A stretch of DNA of 61,562 nt, counting the filler, from Choristocarpus tenellus KU-1152 (lineage: Eukaryota > Protista > Phaeophyceae), in NCBI GenBank assembly GCA_964200185.2. It is 7 parts of 7 records of this genome, joined end to end, with 100 filler letters (N's around TTAATTAATTAA, not from the genome) between each part and the next. Parts side by side here need not be neighbours in the genome. Positions count along the whole stretch, not along the records: positions 33,709 to 38,762 come from CAXNAD020012026.1; positions 38,863 to 58,499 come from CAXNAD020000459.1; 5 more parts are not named here. One strand, given 5' to 3'. Positions 36,082 through 49,800 of the stretch are shown here, one piece after another. The notes beneath the pieces are model-generated. The model saw nothing but the letters and a program-made list of their open reading frames with translations, did not search any database and was not told the origin of the DNA. A program made the translations under genes and the position numbers. Positions within the stretch are counted from its first letter, which is position 1. Every line of letters starts with the position of its first letter.

Positions 36082-38617
36082 ACACTAACAAACAAGAGCA
36101 AGTAGTAAAGGAGACATATACAAAAGAGAGATACAAGGGAGAAGTGGACAGAACGGCGGATGGCGACGGCGAGCTAGCTATAGGGGCGGCAAGGGACTGC
36201 ATCGCATCCTCCAACCAGCATACCACACCCCTGCACCTCCCATAACCGATACATTATTTGAGGAACGCAGCACCTACAATGAATATGTCAGGCATCGCGA
36301 GCCCTTGTGGTTCCTTCTGGGACAGGCCACGAGGGGAGCTGCAGCAATGGCGATAGTCAGCACACACAAAAATAACGGCAGTCCCGATGGGAGGGCAGCC
36401 TGGTTTGAATTATAGATCAAACACCAGGTCTATGACCTGCATGAGCCGCAGAACCGATGCGTGCCCCCCATAGACCTGGTGTTTGATCTATAATTCAAGC
36501 CAGGCTGCCCTCCCATCAGGGCTGCCGTTATTTTCGTGTGTGCTGACTATCACCATTGCTGTATAGTCCTGGTCAAAACTAAAAAAAGTAACATCCCTAT
36601 CAAACATAGAAATGCACCACATGTTTTTAAAAAATCAAATCAAATCAAATCCATCCACCGATCCACCTACCTAATACAGAACTCTTAACTAATACAAAGG
36701 TGACCTACGCACTATACCCTAACCCTAACCCTAACCCTCATTTTCAAAAACAGGCATATCCCATATTCTGTTTCTGCTCCCTCTCACCTACCTGTCTAAG
36801 TATGTCATCCGCCACCAAAAACGCCTCCTGCAGAGGTGTGTTGGAAGGAACAATCTATCCTCCCAGAGAGCCAAACAAAAATATATATATAAAAAATGCA
36901 TAAAAAATATACCAGGGGAGGGGGCAGACAGGATGAGACATTGAGAAGAAGTGAACTGGTGAGTCCCTCCAGACAGGGGCACATACTTGAGTACCTAATG
37001 AATCCAACCAATCGGAACAGTTCAAAATAAAATAAAATAAAATGCTGACATACACAGTCAATACCATCACTCTGGAGTACTCCGGGCGCTTTCATAAAAC
37101 ATCAATAGGAACAAAAAAGATGTTGAGAAGAGCATGCACTCCTCTCTAGAAACCCTTGCTTTTGTCCAACCCATTTTTTTTCCTTTACATCTTTTGACAT
37201 AGGGTTAGGTTTAGGGTTAGCAATTGTCTGAAAAACTACAATTGCAATAAAGAGGTCCTAGAAAAAAAAAAGTGCAATAAAGAGCGCCTTTCCTTACAAA
37301 AAGAAAAAAGTCCATCCACACACACACACACACAAACCCCACATAAAAAAATATATATTTGAAGAAAAAGAAAAGGGATAAAAAATATATATATGCAGAG
37401 TAGTACCCTGCATCGAATGAACTACCTTCAAGTCACAAAAAAAATAATAAAGAAAACAATCAGTGCAAAAGAAGCCTCCTTCCCCAATAAACCCAACCCT
37501 AACCCTAACCCCCAATAAACCTGACACAACATTCCCGATGACTGATGAGGGTACTCATACCACCATTAGCACCAATAGCATCAATAGCATCAATAGCATC
37601 ATTAGCATCAATACCACCATTAGCATCAATAGCATCAATAGCATCAATACCACCGTCTCCTTCCTCCTCAACGCAAACCGCTTCCATCCCCCCACCTGTA
37701 AAGGTCAGTTACACCCCCTATTGCTGCATTTGTCATCATTCCGGTGGCAGCATACTAAAGTGCAATTTAAAGTACGTAACATAGAAAAAAACAACTTGAA
37801 AAAAAAAAAGTGTTTCAGCGCCATGACCTTGCAGGGTCAATGACTTAGGGTTTACATTGTGTACCCTTACGACCTCTTCCCCTCCCCCCTTCCAACGCAC
37901 CCTAGTGATCGAGCGAGCAAAACTCAGGAAAAAAACAACCTAATATAAAAAAAGCATTACCTGTACCTCACTCAAACCAGCCAAAAACAAGCAACACAAG
38001 AAAGTATTAAAAAAAAAAAATCAATTCAAGCAATGCATCACGCACGCACGCACACACACACACGACATACAACATACAACACACATCATATCCTCAAGAA
38101 AACAGTCAATCAAATTTAACGTACAATCTCAAATCATTCTCCCATCGTCCCATCTATTCATCTCTCCTTCCTTCTCCTAGGACACAAGACCACCCCATGC
38201 AGGCACTTATCACTGTGCATGACCTCCTCTCCTCTCCTCTCCTCTCGTCTCCTCTCATTTCAAACTAAAAATAAAAAACAACTGTGATTCAATGCGTGCA
38301 AACAACACCAAACGCCTCCATAAAAAAAAATACATCACCACTAAAAAAGAAAAGAAAACCATCAACATCTCTCACATCATCGTACCATACACCACAAAAC
38401 CACACTTATTTTCACTTTTCTTACTAAAAATCAAAAAGAAGATTCCCTTCCCAAGTTTCCCATGTTCTGGTGACAACCCCCACTCAGACCTCTTAGGGAT
38501 ACAAATAATGTTAAAAACAGACGGGTTGGTTTGATCACTCACCTGCAGGAGCTTATCGTTGCTCACCACAATGAGAGTATCTACCCTCTGCTTCAACGCC
38601 TCAATTGCCTCATTGGC
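35104..38617 (-). CDS. ftsZ: FtsZ (nucleus-encoded, probably plastid division), three internal exons 38543-38617, 36792-36854, 35104-35171
   Basis: Joined: [69 protein letters not shown], including the FtsZ T7 loop NVDFAD; canonical GT-AG. Confidence 0.95.
35611..35645. repeat. Interstitial telomere-like (CCCTAA)n, the longest of >15 short arrays in the window
   Basis: Others near 2007, 9812, 34451, 36716, 37200, 42056, 42184, 42605, 43043, 54874 and 57177. Confidence 0.85.
36043..36079. repeat. (GA)n microsatellite
   Basis: Seen directly. Confidence 0.95.
36341..36562. ncRNA. Long intronic hairpin (94-nt arms, 34-nt loop); candidate miRNA/hpRNA precursor
   Basis: Arms 36341-36434 and 36469-36562 are reverse complements with 6 mismatches, all transitions. 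Lies in an ftsZ intron. The structure is certain; the RNA function is inference. Confidence 0.45.
37560..37653. repeat. 9-bp-based repeat (TAGCATCAA)n
   Basis: Seen directly. Confidence 0.85.
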
Positions 38618-38762
38618 CTGGCAGTGGGAGAGAGAACATTTCAGTGTGGGGGAGGGGGGGGGGGGGGGGGAAAAAAAAAAAAAAAAAAAAAAAAAACAAA
38701 AAAAAAAAAAAAATTAAAAAAAAAAAAGAGGAAAAGAGCAAGAGCAAAAAAAAAAAAAAAAA

Positions 38763-38862
38763 NNNNNNNNNNNNNNNNNNNNNNNNNNNNNNNNNNNNNN
38801 NNNNNNTTAATTAATTAANNNNNNNNNNNNNNNNNNNNNNNNNNNNNNNNNNNNNNNNNNNN
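38763..38862. other. Artificial contig linker
   Basis: Same structure. Confidence 0.98.
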
Positions 38863-40370
38863 GGTAACAGATGTCAGTTTACCTGTTCAAGTCCAGCTCT
38901 GACTTGACATCTCGTGTTTACCAGGTTTATCAGTCCTTGCAAATAGACTATACATAAATGTTGGTGGATTTAAATAAATTAATATACAATTAATTTTATC
39001 TCTCAACTCTCCTTGTTTGCATGAGTGGACACATGCGGTGGAGAAGAGACCGTTATCACCGGGCACATATATTAGCACGTATGCTAAAGGTGGCTGTTCA
39101 TTACATCATGTCATGTTTTCATGAAATGGATTTATTGATCATCATGAAATGACTAACACCATCCTCAAACAGGAAAAAAATGATTGAAGGTTCAAGTCTA
39201 CCACCAGGTAAAAGTTGGAGACTTCAGGTATGTCACACATTTATTTATTTTGTTGTGTTTTTTTTGTGTGGCATGATCCCCCCGACATGATGTAATGACC
39301 GTACAGTCACCTCGTATCGTTTTAGGAGAGTTGAGCCACCAACATCATACGTCCGAGTTGTCCACTAGGAATATTGTTGTCGTGAACAATATTTCCAATC
39401 AAAGTCGGGATTGAGGAAGAAGAATGGGTACACACATTTGATCTCGTCGTTTGCTGTGTTGATTTGATCATGTGACACGCAATGTTGTTTTCACACATCG
39501 GAGTGGTGATCAAATCATCATATAACACCCGTATAGCAATGTCGAATCACAAACACTAGTCAAATCGTTTTGTTGACATCGTGTATAGTGCTTGCTCCTC
39601 GTATCCCCATTCTGAGTGTATCCTATGTTTTATACAAGATACTAGCGACCCTGTATGCTGGCCACATATACCTCTCGCCTCGTCTTTAGGCTGATTGATA
39701 TGCTGACCCCATACTCTCAGACCTCGTAAGCTCAATTGGTGTGCTGACCACACACCATCAACCTATATGCTAATGTTATCCCGATCAGATATATATCGTG
39801 AGCCTCGTTTATATTGTATGCTTCATTTTGTATTAATGGAGTCGTGTAATATAATGGTGCAATAGTATACTAACAGTCACACATATTTCCCATTTCACTC
39901 CCAGAGCTCACTTTTTGGTTGACCTTAAATCATATTTACATGGCTTCAAGGCCAATCAGAAGGGGGGGTGATGTGGAAAGCATGTTTGTCTGTTGTTATA
40001 CTGTTATACCGTTATTGCCGTTGTACCAATTGAGATTCCTTGTCAAGCATCTACGATTCCACTGGCGGACCTTCCGTCAGAATCAAACCATGGAATCTCT
40101 TCACAAGACCAATCCCACAGACTTTGGGACAGCTTGTCGTTCAGAGTTGTCACACATGGAAGATCCACTTTGTTCTCATGTCTTTACTTGTGGCGATGAA
40201 GCCCCATCTTTGAAGATGCCCATCACTCCTCAATTTGCACTTGTCCAACCATAACCTCGTATCCTCCGTTATGGTTTGTCTTTGTTCGTGCGGTCCATCT
40301 TGCCCAGTGATTCTCTTCACCACCCCCTTAACTGAGTGAACCACACCGCCACAGAATCACACAATTCACA

Positions 40371-40578
40371 AACTATATCATACAACTATACCATACAACC
40401 ATATCGTACAACTATATCATACAACTATATCATACAACTATATCATACAACTATACCACACAACTATAACATACAACTTTATCATACAACTCTATCATAC
40501 AACTCTATCATACAACTATATCATACAACTATATCATACAACTATACCATGCAACTATAACATACAACTATATCATAC
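40371..40578. repeat. 13-bp minisatellite (ATATCATACAACT)n
   Basis: ~15 copies seen directly. Confidence 0.9.
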
Positions 40579-40863
40579 AGGTGTTAATCAACAAGACCAA
40601 ATGTACCTGAAGGTTGTCCAGGACAAAGGAAATCTCAGAGTAAAAGGATATAACCATTCACTGGACAATGTATACTAATTATTATTTTTATCAATGAGGA
40701 CATTTTTTCCTCATTGTCTTGCTTTTTCCTTCTAAAAAAAAATACAATTTCTACGGCTTTCTCTGCATTTCTTAAAATATACCTCTACAAAAACTAATGT
40801 ATGAACAAACAATAAGATCTAAGTTGGTCATCATCTATGAGACCATCGTTGACATCATCACAC

Positions 40864-43800
40864 CTTCATGCAAGCTGCAGCCTTGAGAGGTTCCCCGTCA
40901 TCCCCTCCTTTTAAGGATGTCTGAATGCCTTCCACCATGGCAACTCCCATCTGCGATACCAAAAATGGATCCTCCCTGCAAGCACATGCAGACAATCACA
41001 AAAAACACATGTTACTATAGTATCAGTTCTAGATAGGTACCGCTACGATTTATGGCACCAAGTTCTCTTGAGTTCAGAGGTACATTTCTCTCATGGTCTA
41101 AAAGCATGAAACATATACACACACATAGTACACATGGCCATACACCATACACCATACACAAAAGGCTTATTTCTGTGGCAGTTGTCAAACTAGTTGAACA
41201 TGCCTTAGGGGAGCTGTGCCATGATACAACATGACATATAGCACCTTTCATAATTGAGGCCCCTCTCACAGTCCCTGCTTACTGGCTCAGTTCAAATATC
41301 AATATTATAACAGTACTGCAGTTCTGAACCACTGTACCTCACTAGCCCAACACTTTGAATACATCTAGTACTTGAACAACTGTAGGACTGTAATGTACCA
41401 CTGTAGGACTGTATTGTAGGATTGTGGTACACATTTAACGGTATTGTTCAGTCCTTGAACAAGTACTTACACTCCAACAAACAGTTATCGTGTGAGATAG
41501 GTATGGAGGTGGAAAGTGACCCACTCCCACAAAAAGGAACAACATGACATGGAACACAGTACAGTACACTAAGCTACCCTAACACACACTGTAACATCAA
41601 CACAAAGTGTCCAATAACATCTACAGTACTACAACATACACACTAATACCACAACATACACACTGTAAGAGATGCGTCCCCATAAAGACCAAGAACAACC
41701 TCACCAGCACTTTTCCAATGACTCCATACCACACACCAGAATAGCCACAACTCATATCTCTCACCCAAATGTCTCATAAACCCTAGGCCACAGTGGCTGA
41801 GTGGCTATGCCAAGGATTGGCGAAAAGATCCATGGGATACCCGCTGCCCTAGTGTCTCTTGCTGCCACCCTCCCACTGGTCCTGGACATTTCCACATTGA
41901 AGGTGGCAGCCAGGGCTATTTGATGAGGGAATAATACGGACCCCTTGAGAGGAAGTCATTGTGATAATAATAATAATAATAATATAACAATGGTGTATAC
42001 CATACACACATTATTATTATTATTGTTGTTGTTGCACACATGACAAGACACAACAGGGTTAGGGTTAGGGTTAGGATTGTGGACCATTTTTGTTCACGGT
42101 AAGTTTCTTATTAGTATGTCATTGCCTACGTACTTTGCAATTCCTATGAGTTGTTATCATTTTTCCTGCTTGTAATGTTGATGTTAGGGTTAGGGTTAGG
42201 TGTGTGTTTCTGGTCACCACAAGACTGTACACAGTGATGAGATACAACATGACATGACATGACACGACACCATGGCTGGTATGGCCTCACAGACCAGGGG
42301 TCAAAGGCCAAAGGTCAAAGATCGCAAAGATTATCTTTAAAAAACAAAGGGAAATTGAAAGTCAGAAAACAAGATAAGATCTGGACAATATGAAATTAAC
42401 AGACTTGTCTAAGTTACTAGGTAACAAAAGTGGATAACAGAAACGCTACGTAAGAATCACGGAGTGCAACACCTACGGAAGGCGGTGACATCAAGGGTTA
42501 GGGTTATGGTACACTATAAGTAGCACTAGATTGTCAGAGGTGGAGTAACGGATACACAAGGCACAACATTGGTAGAGTTAGGGTATGCAGAGTACACCAG
42601 CACAAGGGTTGGGGTTAGGGTTAGGGTATGTAAAACAAATAGGAATTGGCAAGGAATTTTTGGTTGGGTATGTTGTGGATAACATAGAGATCAGGGTACC
42701 TGAAGGAAATGTTCCCATTTGTGAAGGTATTGTGCTTGAGTTACCACGGTCTATTAGAATCTAATTCGAGGCCACCCTACCACCACACTAGTGCACGCCT
42801 TCAATACCATATGCTACATTCACACTTATAATTACAGTTACAGTTACAGTTACGGCGTGAGTCCAGCCTGACAGTTGGACAAGCAGAATGCGTGTACCAC
42901 TAGCTCTCACAGCTCAGAGAAGCCTTCAAAACTCCTTGGAAACAAGTAACAGTGCACCCTATCCAGCACAAACTGAAGAGGACATACAATAGTGGTACCA
43001 CAACGAATTAACTCTTTGTTCAATAAACGAAAGTTAAGTTTCAGGGTTAGGGTTAGGGCCAGCATGCAAGTAGCACAAACCCTCCCACCAATGAAACAAC
43101 AACAAAAAAACAACAATGCATCAGTGAAAACAATCAGCACACGGCCGATAACCCTAAACAAATACAATATATACCCTAACCCTATCACGTCTCTCATACC
43201 CTAACCCCAAAACATCTACGTGCATCGTACCTCAACGTAGTTTGCCCCATGAACTGAGTCCAGTCCTATCAACAAAGGGATCTTGCTCCCCACCCCACCA
43301 GCAATCTGTTGGCACCTCCTAATGATGCGACGCCACTCCTGAGCTGTGAGACTGCAAGAGTGGGGAGAGGGGGAAGAAGAGGGAAGAGTAAAAGGGTAGT
43401 ATTCGTTGACAATGCCACAGTCTCTCCTGATCATGAATACATTACCATTGCTTTGATGCCGGTGCTACATACATATTGAAACAGATAGGGTCGCACCTAC
43501 ATACATCAGCACACTTAAAAATGCAAGCAAGCGTGTAACAATATCATGAAAAACTGGGTAGTTGACCATTTCCTACTCAAATATATAATTATTTTTAAAT
43601 AGTTCTTAAAAAACACAATACTTTCAATTGCATAATTCTACAACAGCACACAAACTATTTCACTATGACATGCTCTTCTGATTAACCAATGCCAGCACCT
43701 ACCCCGATCCTTTCTTGCATGTTGACAGGTTCAGTATCTGTCAGTAACTATACTGTAGGTGTGCTATCAAGTCTCATCAAAACACCACGCAACTCTATTG

Positions 43801-45116
43801 TCAATACAACTGCAATATATATATATATAGTCACAGGGTACACATGAAGAGGAAGATACATCATTGGACTCCCACTCTCCCCTGACACATTGCTCCGCTA
43901 TGACGTTACAATTGTGCATAGCGTGCGAACTCACATTGACGTAGCAAAATCCTAATAATCACTACAACAGCTTCAAGTCTGTATCCATCCCTACTTGATT
44001 CAATGACCAGAACCACAATAGAGTATCATTAAGCCTTCCCTCTTTCAGTCTATATCACAGACGTACAGGTAGCCCTCACAAAAAACAGAGAATCTCAAAC
44101 TCTACTGATATGATAAAACGTGAAAATTATATTATAGTTTATGATGATATGATACAGTACATGATGCATAAATGCAGCCAATCCATCTTTTATTGTGTAA
44201 TGATAACGCATCATCTCAGGAGAAAATTGAAACTAACGCAATAAATGTAGCATACAATATTTCACCTTCCCGGAGCCCCAGCATAGGGAGTGTTGAAGAG
44301 AGAACCCACACGGAAACGTGTGAGCCAGTCTTGGAGCTTTTCCTCGTCGAGTACCCCAGTGCTTGCTGGTACAAACAAGGACATGTCCAGCTGGGTCATT
44401 TGCCCGACCTGAGCAAATGAATGGGATTCAGCACTTAGAATAAGCTTGAAAATTTGCAAATCTAAGGTTTGCTTGTGACAGATGTCTCTTTCGATATACA
44501 CGGTTTGATCCCCACGGTCATTCGATCCTATTCTCATCAGGACTAAGTTCACCTAGGCACCTGCCACAAGCATACCTGCGCCACTGCTTGCAGCATCTCG
44601 CTTCAGTTGCGGGTTAATTATCCAACCACTACCAATTCAAAACTCAGGTTCGATCTCACGACGATCACGAACAGAGTGGGAACTACATCTTGCTTACGAG
44701 CTTCCAGTCAGGAGCGAGGAGAGAAGCAAGGAAAACCAAGAAATATCACCAACGATCGAACGAAATATTTTGAGGAGTCAACATCACTGGAAGACGAATG
44801 GAGGAGACATATACAGCAGGACTCAATGCCCGTTGCAGATTCCAATTCCAGAGCAATAATAAGCAAATGATCGGATTTGCAAACACCAGTGACTAGAAAT
44901 TCTCTTCAATCTTCCTAGTATATTTCAATCTCGAATCACCTTGTCCTCCAAGGTCATCTTGGACAGCATATGCTCCACCCTTGCGCTTGCCTTTCCTTGT
45001 GCTGGGGGTCCATCGCCAAACCCAATGTTAACAACGATGGCAAGGCACACGTACACTGACCAAAGGACCCACATCAACGCATCAACCGCGTTGCAACAAC
45101 ACAAGCCAGCTTTCAT
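40864..45116 (-). CDS. Glycoside hydrolase family 3 beta-glucosidase, N-terminal five exons (44940-45116, 44266-44408, 43231-43351, 41765-41943, 40864-40975)
   Basis: Hydrophobic leader, then LSKMTLEDK-VGQMTQLD...IPLLIGLDSVHGANYVE-GSVLFPHQIALAATFN...IPWIFSPILGIATQPLWPRVYETFG-EDPFLVSQMG...AAACMK, which are classic GH3 N-domain motifs; phases are consistent. Confidence 0.93.
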
Positions 45117-45709
45117 CAGCCACTCGCTTTTCCCTAGCAAGGCTTCCAGCAGAGTCGCTAGAGCTCTCTTTAGCAATGTGAGGATGTCTACCTTTGATCA
45201 TGGATGGGCGGACGGATTAACAAATGTGACTCTCACAATGTCATTTAAAAAGAACCTAGAAATGAGTATTAACGATAGGAAACTTTTGTATGGGCCATAT
45301 AGTATTAAATCTTTGAGATGTCATCTTCATGACAGTTGATTTGGTCTCACTAGTCTTATGTGACCATTGAAGAGATTTGCTCTCACTACTCTTATGACCA
45401 TTGAAGATTATTTACTATCGTACTACTATTGTGTCCTTACCCTCCAAATCAGGATTTGTCAAAACCATTCAGATTCAGGCGTTGGAGTACACCTTTAACT
45501 TCACTGACAAGGTTCGTTCACATTGGGACAACCATGACTGACGATGTCGCCATTTCTGGTGAGAACAGGAGGATTCAGAAACTTTGGAGTTCTTTCCGCA
45601 AATACAACGAAGTGTTTTCGGACAGGACCTAGGTATGGTATCTCACTCGAGTTTTAATATTGGAATGCTCAAATTCTAAGTACTTTTAATTTATCTTATA
45701 TGGTTCATG

Positions 45710-46200
45710 GCATGGATTCTGTGGTAAGGTAAGTATCTGAACCTCCAGTTCAACCATCATGAATTCATCCTCTGTATATAGGTTTCCACACATACATAAA
45801 CACACCGATCATGTCCTACCCTACAACAAAAATGCTCTTATAAAGACTGGGTATGAGAGTATCGAGACAAGGATGTGGAGGTGGAGGTTCAAATTTCCTG
45901 GGGCAGTTGGTCGCATTGTGGATGAGCAACTTGCCAAGGTGTACATGTTTGGGGAGCTTACGGCTGGAAAAGGGAAGAAAGGTGGACAGGAGAAGAACTG
46001 GTTTATACATGTATCCAAGATGAACTGGGCAGGTTTAGGGTTAGAGATGAGGTTTGGAGTACAAGAGTCACTAACCAACAGGATGAGTATGAGTGTGAGG
46101 CTATCGGCGCAACGACAATAATGGCCGAATGGCATTCCAAGGAAGCTGTCATACGGAATTTACGTCACACCAAAGCAGCAGAAAAGGTCGGTCAAGGCAC
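45710..46200 (+). mobile_element. Degenerate RTE-like LINE, 3' part of the RT ORF
   Basis: DHVLPY..ALIKTGYESIETRMWRWRFKFPGAVGRIVDEQLAKVYMFGELTAGKGKKGGQEKNW resembles the RTE-clade post-RT region (SIE...RRL..AG.V.RM...RLPK...FGEL...R..G); frameshifts present. Confidence 0.75.
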
Positions 46201-47559
46201 CAACACCACCTACCTGAGAATAAAGTTTTCTTTGTGGGATTGTTCTCTTGAATCATTTCTTAGTTTTCTGTCTTCTCTTTCCGTTACATATTTTTGGTGT
46301 CTTTTTCTTGTGGGGGTTATACTCTTTCTTCCTTTTCAGTTCTTTTCTTTTTTTTCCCTTCCTTATTTCTTTTTTCTTCGATTGTATATTATGAGATTAT
46401 TGTACTACTACAAATACAACATTTTTGATAGTATCAAATCTTCATGAGATAGGGAAGGTTTTGATGATTCTGACATTAGTGTATGTGGATGATTAATGAC
46501 GTCATGATAACGATTGTATTATGATGAATTCATAGGATAAGTGGAGTATGTAGGGTGATAGTGACTTGCACGCAAATAAGAGAAAACTTTTGTGAGGAGG
46601 TTCGAGCACAAATACACAACGAGCATGTCCTAATACTCTTACAGGTCCCTTATTTCGATTCTCCTACCGTGAAGGTTTTCACCCCCACTGTCAAAAAATA
46701 TATTGATACATCTGCCAGCTGGTCATAGCCCAAAGCGCACTCAATAGTGAGAACAGAGCTTTAAACCAAAAGCTAGAAGCCAACGTGAAGCAGCTGGAGT
46801 TAGTTGGAGGTTGCTGCGAGGGACAACACCCTTGCAGCAAACACTGAGCAAATACTGAAAAACATGCTGCAGAGGTGGCAGCAGCTAAGGCCGATGGAGA
46901 GAGAGCCATTGCCTTGACAACTGCAAAACATTTTGCGCATGTGGAAGAGGCACTCAGCCAAGGACAAAAAAAGCTCAGGGATTGCATCAAGTGGGCGAGA
47001 AACAAATTTTCAGCAGAGAAGCAAGTAGCTTCTCAACAACATGCTATAGAGATTGCAGCTTAGGTGGCCCATGGAGAGGCCACCCTTGGCTCAGCTCGAT
47101 CCAGGCATGGTGGAGCAGAAGCAGAAGTAGTAGCTGTGGGGGAGATCAAGGTTCAACAGTTTGTAGCGGAATTGGAGAGGAAGGTGACCGAAGAAGCCGC
47201 AAGAATCTCCAGTGCCTTGGATAAAGCCATGGCAACGCTGAGTGCATGAAGGGAGGAAACTAACGCCATCGCAGTGGCTCTGAGGAAGGCCAATGAGCAG
47301 GCCCAGAAGCAAAAGTGGGCACACCAAGCCTTGCTGCTGAGGAGCCAGGCAAGTGAAGAGGTTGTGGTACGTGTATAGTACAAGTAGGGCAACTGTTTTT
47401 GCGAGCCAGCGTGAGTGAGTTTTTTTTTTGTAGAAAACACAATTTTTAGCGAAATGTTGTGTGAAGGAGTTATCACAGGTGAGGAAAAACGATGGTACAG
47501 AATGTTACAATTTGTGCTCCAAGGATTTTTATATGAGCCAGATTCAGTGCTAGATACGG

Positions 47560-48300
47560 ATACGAACGTAAATGATGAACAATGTATTGATGTCAACTAT
47601 TGAATTATTGTTGGAGCAACACATGGCAAACAGGATATTAGAACATAATGAGCCTCGTCATACACATGCGATGTGTAGGAGGAGGAGTTTTTCCATAGTT
47701 GGAGAGTTCTGATTGCCCGAGATACTGGTGGGAAGTGGTTGTACGTGGTTGGAAGTGATGACGAAGTATATCAATAGTACATAACTAACCACAACATACT
47801 TGAATTTTTACTCACCAAGTAAATTAGTTCAAAATATACTGGCAATAATATGCAAAGAAAGGAGCAATTTTTATCCCGACTATTACCGTGCACCCATATT
47901 TCCCACTAACAGTCGATTTCAAAAATTGAGGATGGAGCTTTTCATTTCATCCCTCAATGAAAAGCTCCATCCTCAATTTTTGAAATCGGCTGTTCACTGG
48001 ACAATATAATTGTCTTGTTCGTTCCATTTGTTTCTTGTTAGATCATACTTCCAGTAGAAGTATAATGCATTTGTTGGGTTTTGAATCTACGATTGATAAT
48101 GACGGTAGTTCTCTAATTTCGAGGTGACTCCATAGGATGTATATGTGAACCAGAGGACGTAGTAGATCCAGACCGTAGTGTAAACCAAGCTCTGTATAGA
48201 ACTCCTGGTGTCCTTTCCAGGAGATGAAAAAACGATGAAAGAAGTGTTTCTGTTGTTCGTATTTGACCAAATCGATTACGTGTATACACAGAACACACAT
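47560..48300 (-). pseudogene. Possible decayed Ulp1/C48-peptidase-like TE cargo
   Basis: Motifs in the expected order: HFFHRFF, PLVHI..ILWS...IVDS, PTIIQ*LTSIHCSSFT (cf. FFNSFF / IP.H..HW / YDS / PQQ.N..DCG.F). Heavily degraded. Confidence 0.3.
47908..47994. mobile_element. 87-bp palindromic (foldback) mini-element with 4-bp TSD
   Basis: 39-bp arms with 1 mismatch and a 9-nt loop; CACT directly on both sides (47904-47907, 47995-47998). Confidence 0.8.
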
Positions 48301-48546
48301 GGATGAGCAAGAAAATAGAGACCGGAATGAGTTTGGTCGTTTAAAACCTATTGAGAATTCTCACTGTCAACTTGAATTCCAGTAGTTATGAAAAGTGCGT
48401 ATCTACTTTGGATATTCTGGGAAGCTTTTTTAGGAGCGGGCGCAGGATTCCGTCTCAAAAACCAGGTCGATTCATACAGTCGGAAATGCTGACACACGTG
48501 AAGTTTGTCTGACAAGAGGATAACGCTTGGTGATTTTTTCTGCCAG

Positions 48547-48722
48547 GGCCCAAAGTGTGGGGGGGGGGGAGTTTACACCAGGGTGTCCATTTGGGACAAA
48601 ACCAGGAAAAGTGCACTTTCATTATCCATACAACGTATGGAACCAAATCACCCAAAAATCGCGACAAGGAAAAATTGACCCCAAATGGACAGCCGCCACC
48701 CACCCCCCAGATACTTTGGGTT
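48547..48722 (+). mobile_element. MITE-A
   Basis: GGCCCAAAGTGTGGGGG...CCCCCAGATACTTTGGGTT; TSD unclear. Confidence 0.85.
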
Positions 48723-48789
48723 AGTCATCCAGATCAATATCCATATTGTGAAAGGCACTAGTAACACTTGAAGAATCGATTTTATCATT

Positions 48790-49800
48790 TCTGGCATAGA
48801 TGTGTCCAGATCACTTTTGTAAAGAAGAATCTTGTAACTATTTTGTCAGCCATGCCCCATTTTCTCTCCCAATAGAAGCTCTGTGAGTATTGGGAGTCAG
48901 GGACAGGGCATGGGAGATGGGAGGCACATTGGAGTGTCGCCTCAGTGCTCAAAAGGGTCTGTTGGTACAAAGTAGACAAATCACCTACCTCTGTTGAACC
49001 GTATTAAATTCCACTGGCACGTTCCACATCACTGCATTATCGAATATGTTGTCCATTGGTTGCTGTGTGCATAGATTCGAAAGGAGGACACAGTGAGACA
49101 GGCAGCTGATCTATTACGCAAGGATCCCCCATGGTATCCCATATCTGCCTGGCCACGCATTGTCATGATTATTTACCATGCTTGTGAAGGAGGGGTGCGC
49201 TGCTTTACCATTGCAGCTGCCTTGGCATCCCTTCCATTTGCAGTACTGGCGCTGGTCCCTGGGCTAGCCATCCGGTGGAATGCATGGCGTGCAGTCCTCC
49301 CGTCAAATTTAATGACTCCAAGGCATCTCTTGATTTCTCTGGTGAGGACGTGGCAGGAGCATATTGTCTGGCATGGGGGGGGATGCTTGGGGAAAACATG
49401 AGGTGACTTTCATGTACACATAAGTAGGGGGTACTGGGTCTCTGTGTCTGACTTCGTCAAAACAATTGGAATGTTGCTCCAAATAGTTCAGATGGTACCC
49501 ACAACAAGAACTACTCAACCAATTAGTACCCTAAAGCTTCAATTCTTCCGCATTGTGGAAGGCAACAACCAAAAGTTTCACTGTCCTGTCCCGTACTAGT
49601 TCTGACCATCCTTGAGTTGTGGTTCTCCTGCTTGTACTATCTTTTCAACCGCTGAGCAGTCCCTTGTAATAGTACCACTATGCAGCATTAGGCATTCACA
49701 ATTAGCAAGTTTTTCCGGAAGAGCCTCTGACCTTTCTCCCAGTTCCATCTGCTCGTAACTACCATGACAACATCCAACCATAACTACCATTGCCCTTGCC
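48790..49800 (-). mobile_element. Decayed hAT-like transposase remnant
   Basis: Motifs in hAT order across stops and frameshifts: VVAFHNAEELK (cf. VVTDNAANMK), SCCGYHLNYL (cf. CxAHxLNL), SQSFYWERKWGMADKIVT (cf. SS..CER.WS....I.T dimerisation motif). Confidence 0.45.

Noticed and set aside
35104-38617. Bacterial contamination suggested by ftsZ and the ParB-like gene
   Set aside because: Both have spliceosomal introns, and their contigs carry the host's MITEs.
38531-38818. Poly-K/poly-G ORFs at contig ends (also 33352-33660)
   Set aside because: Low-complexity homopolymer sequence at assembly breaks.
45543-45632. Possible first exon of a gene divergent from the GH3 gene
   Set aside because: A donor-like GTATGG is present, but I could not find a consistent in-frame downstream exon.
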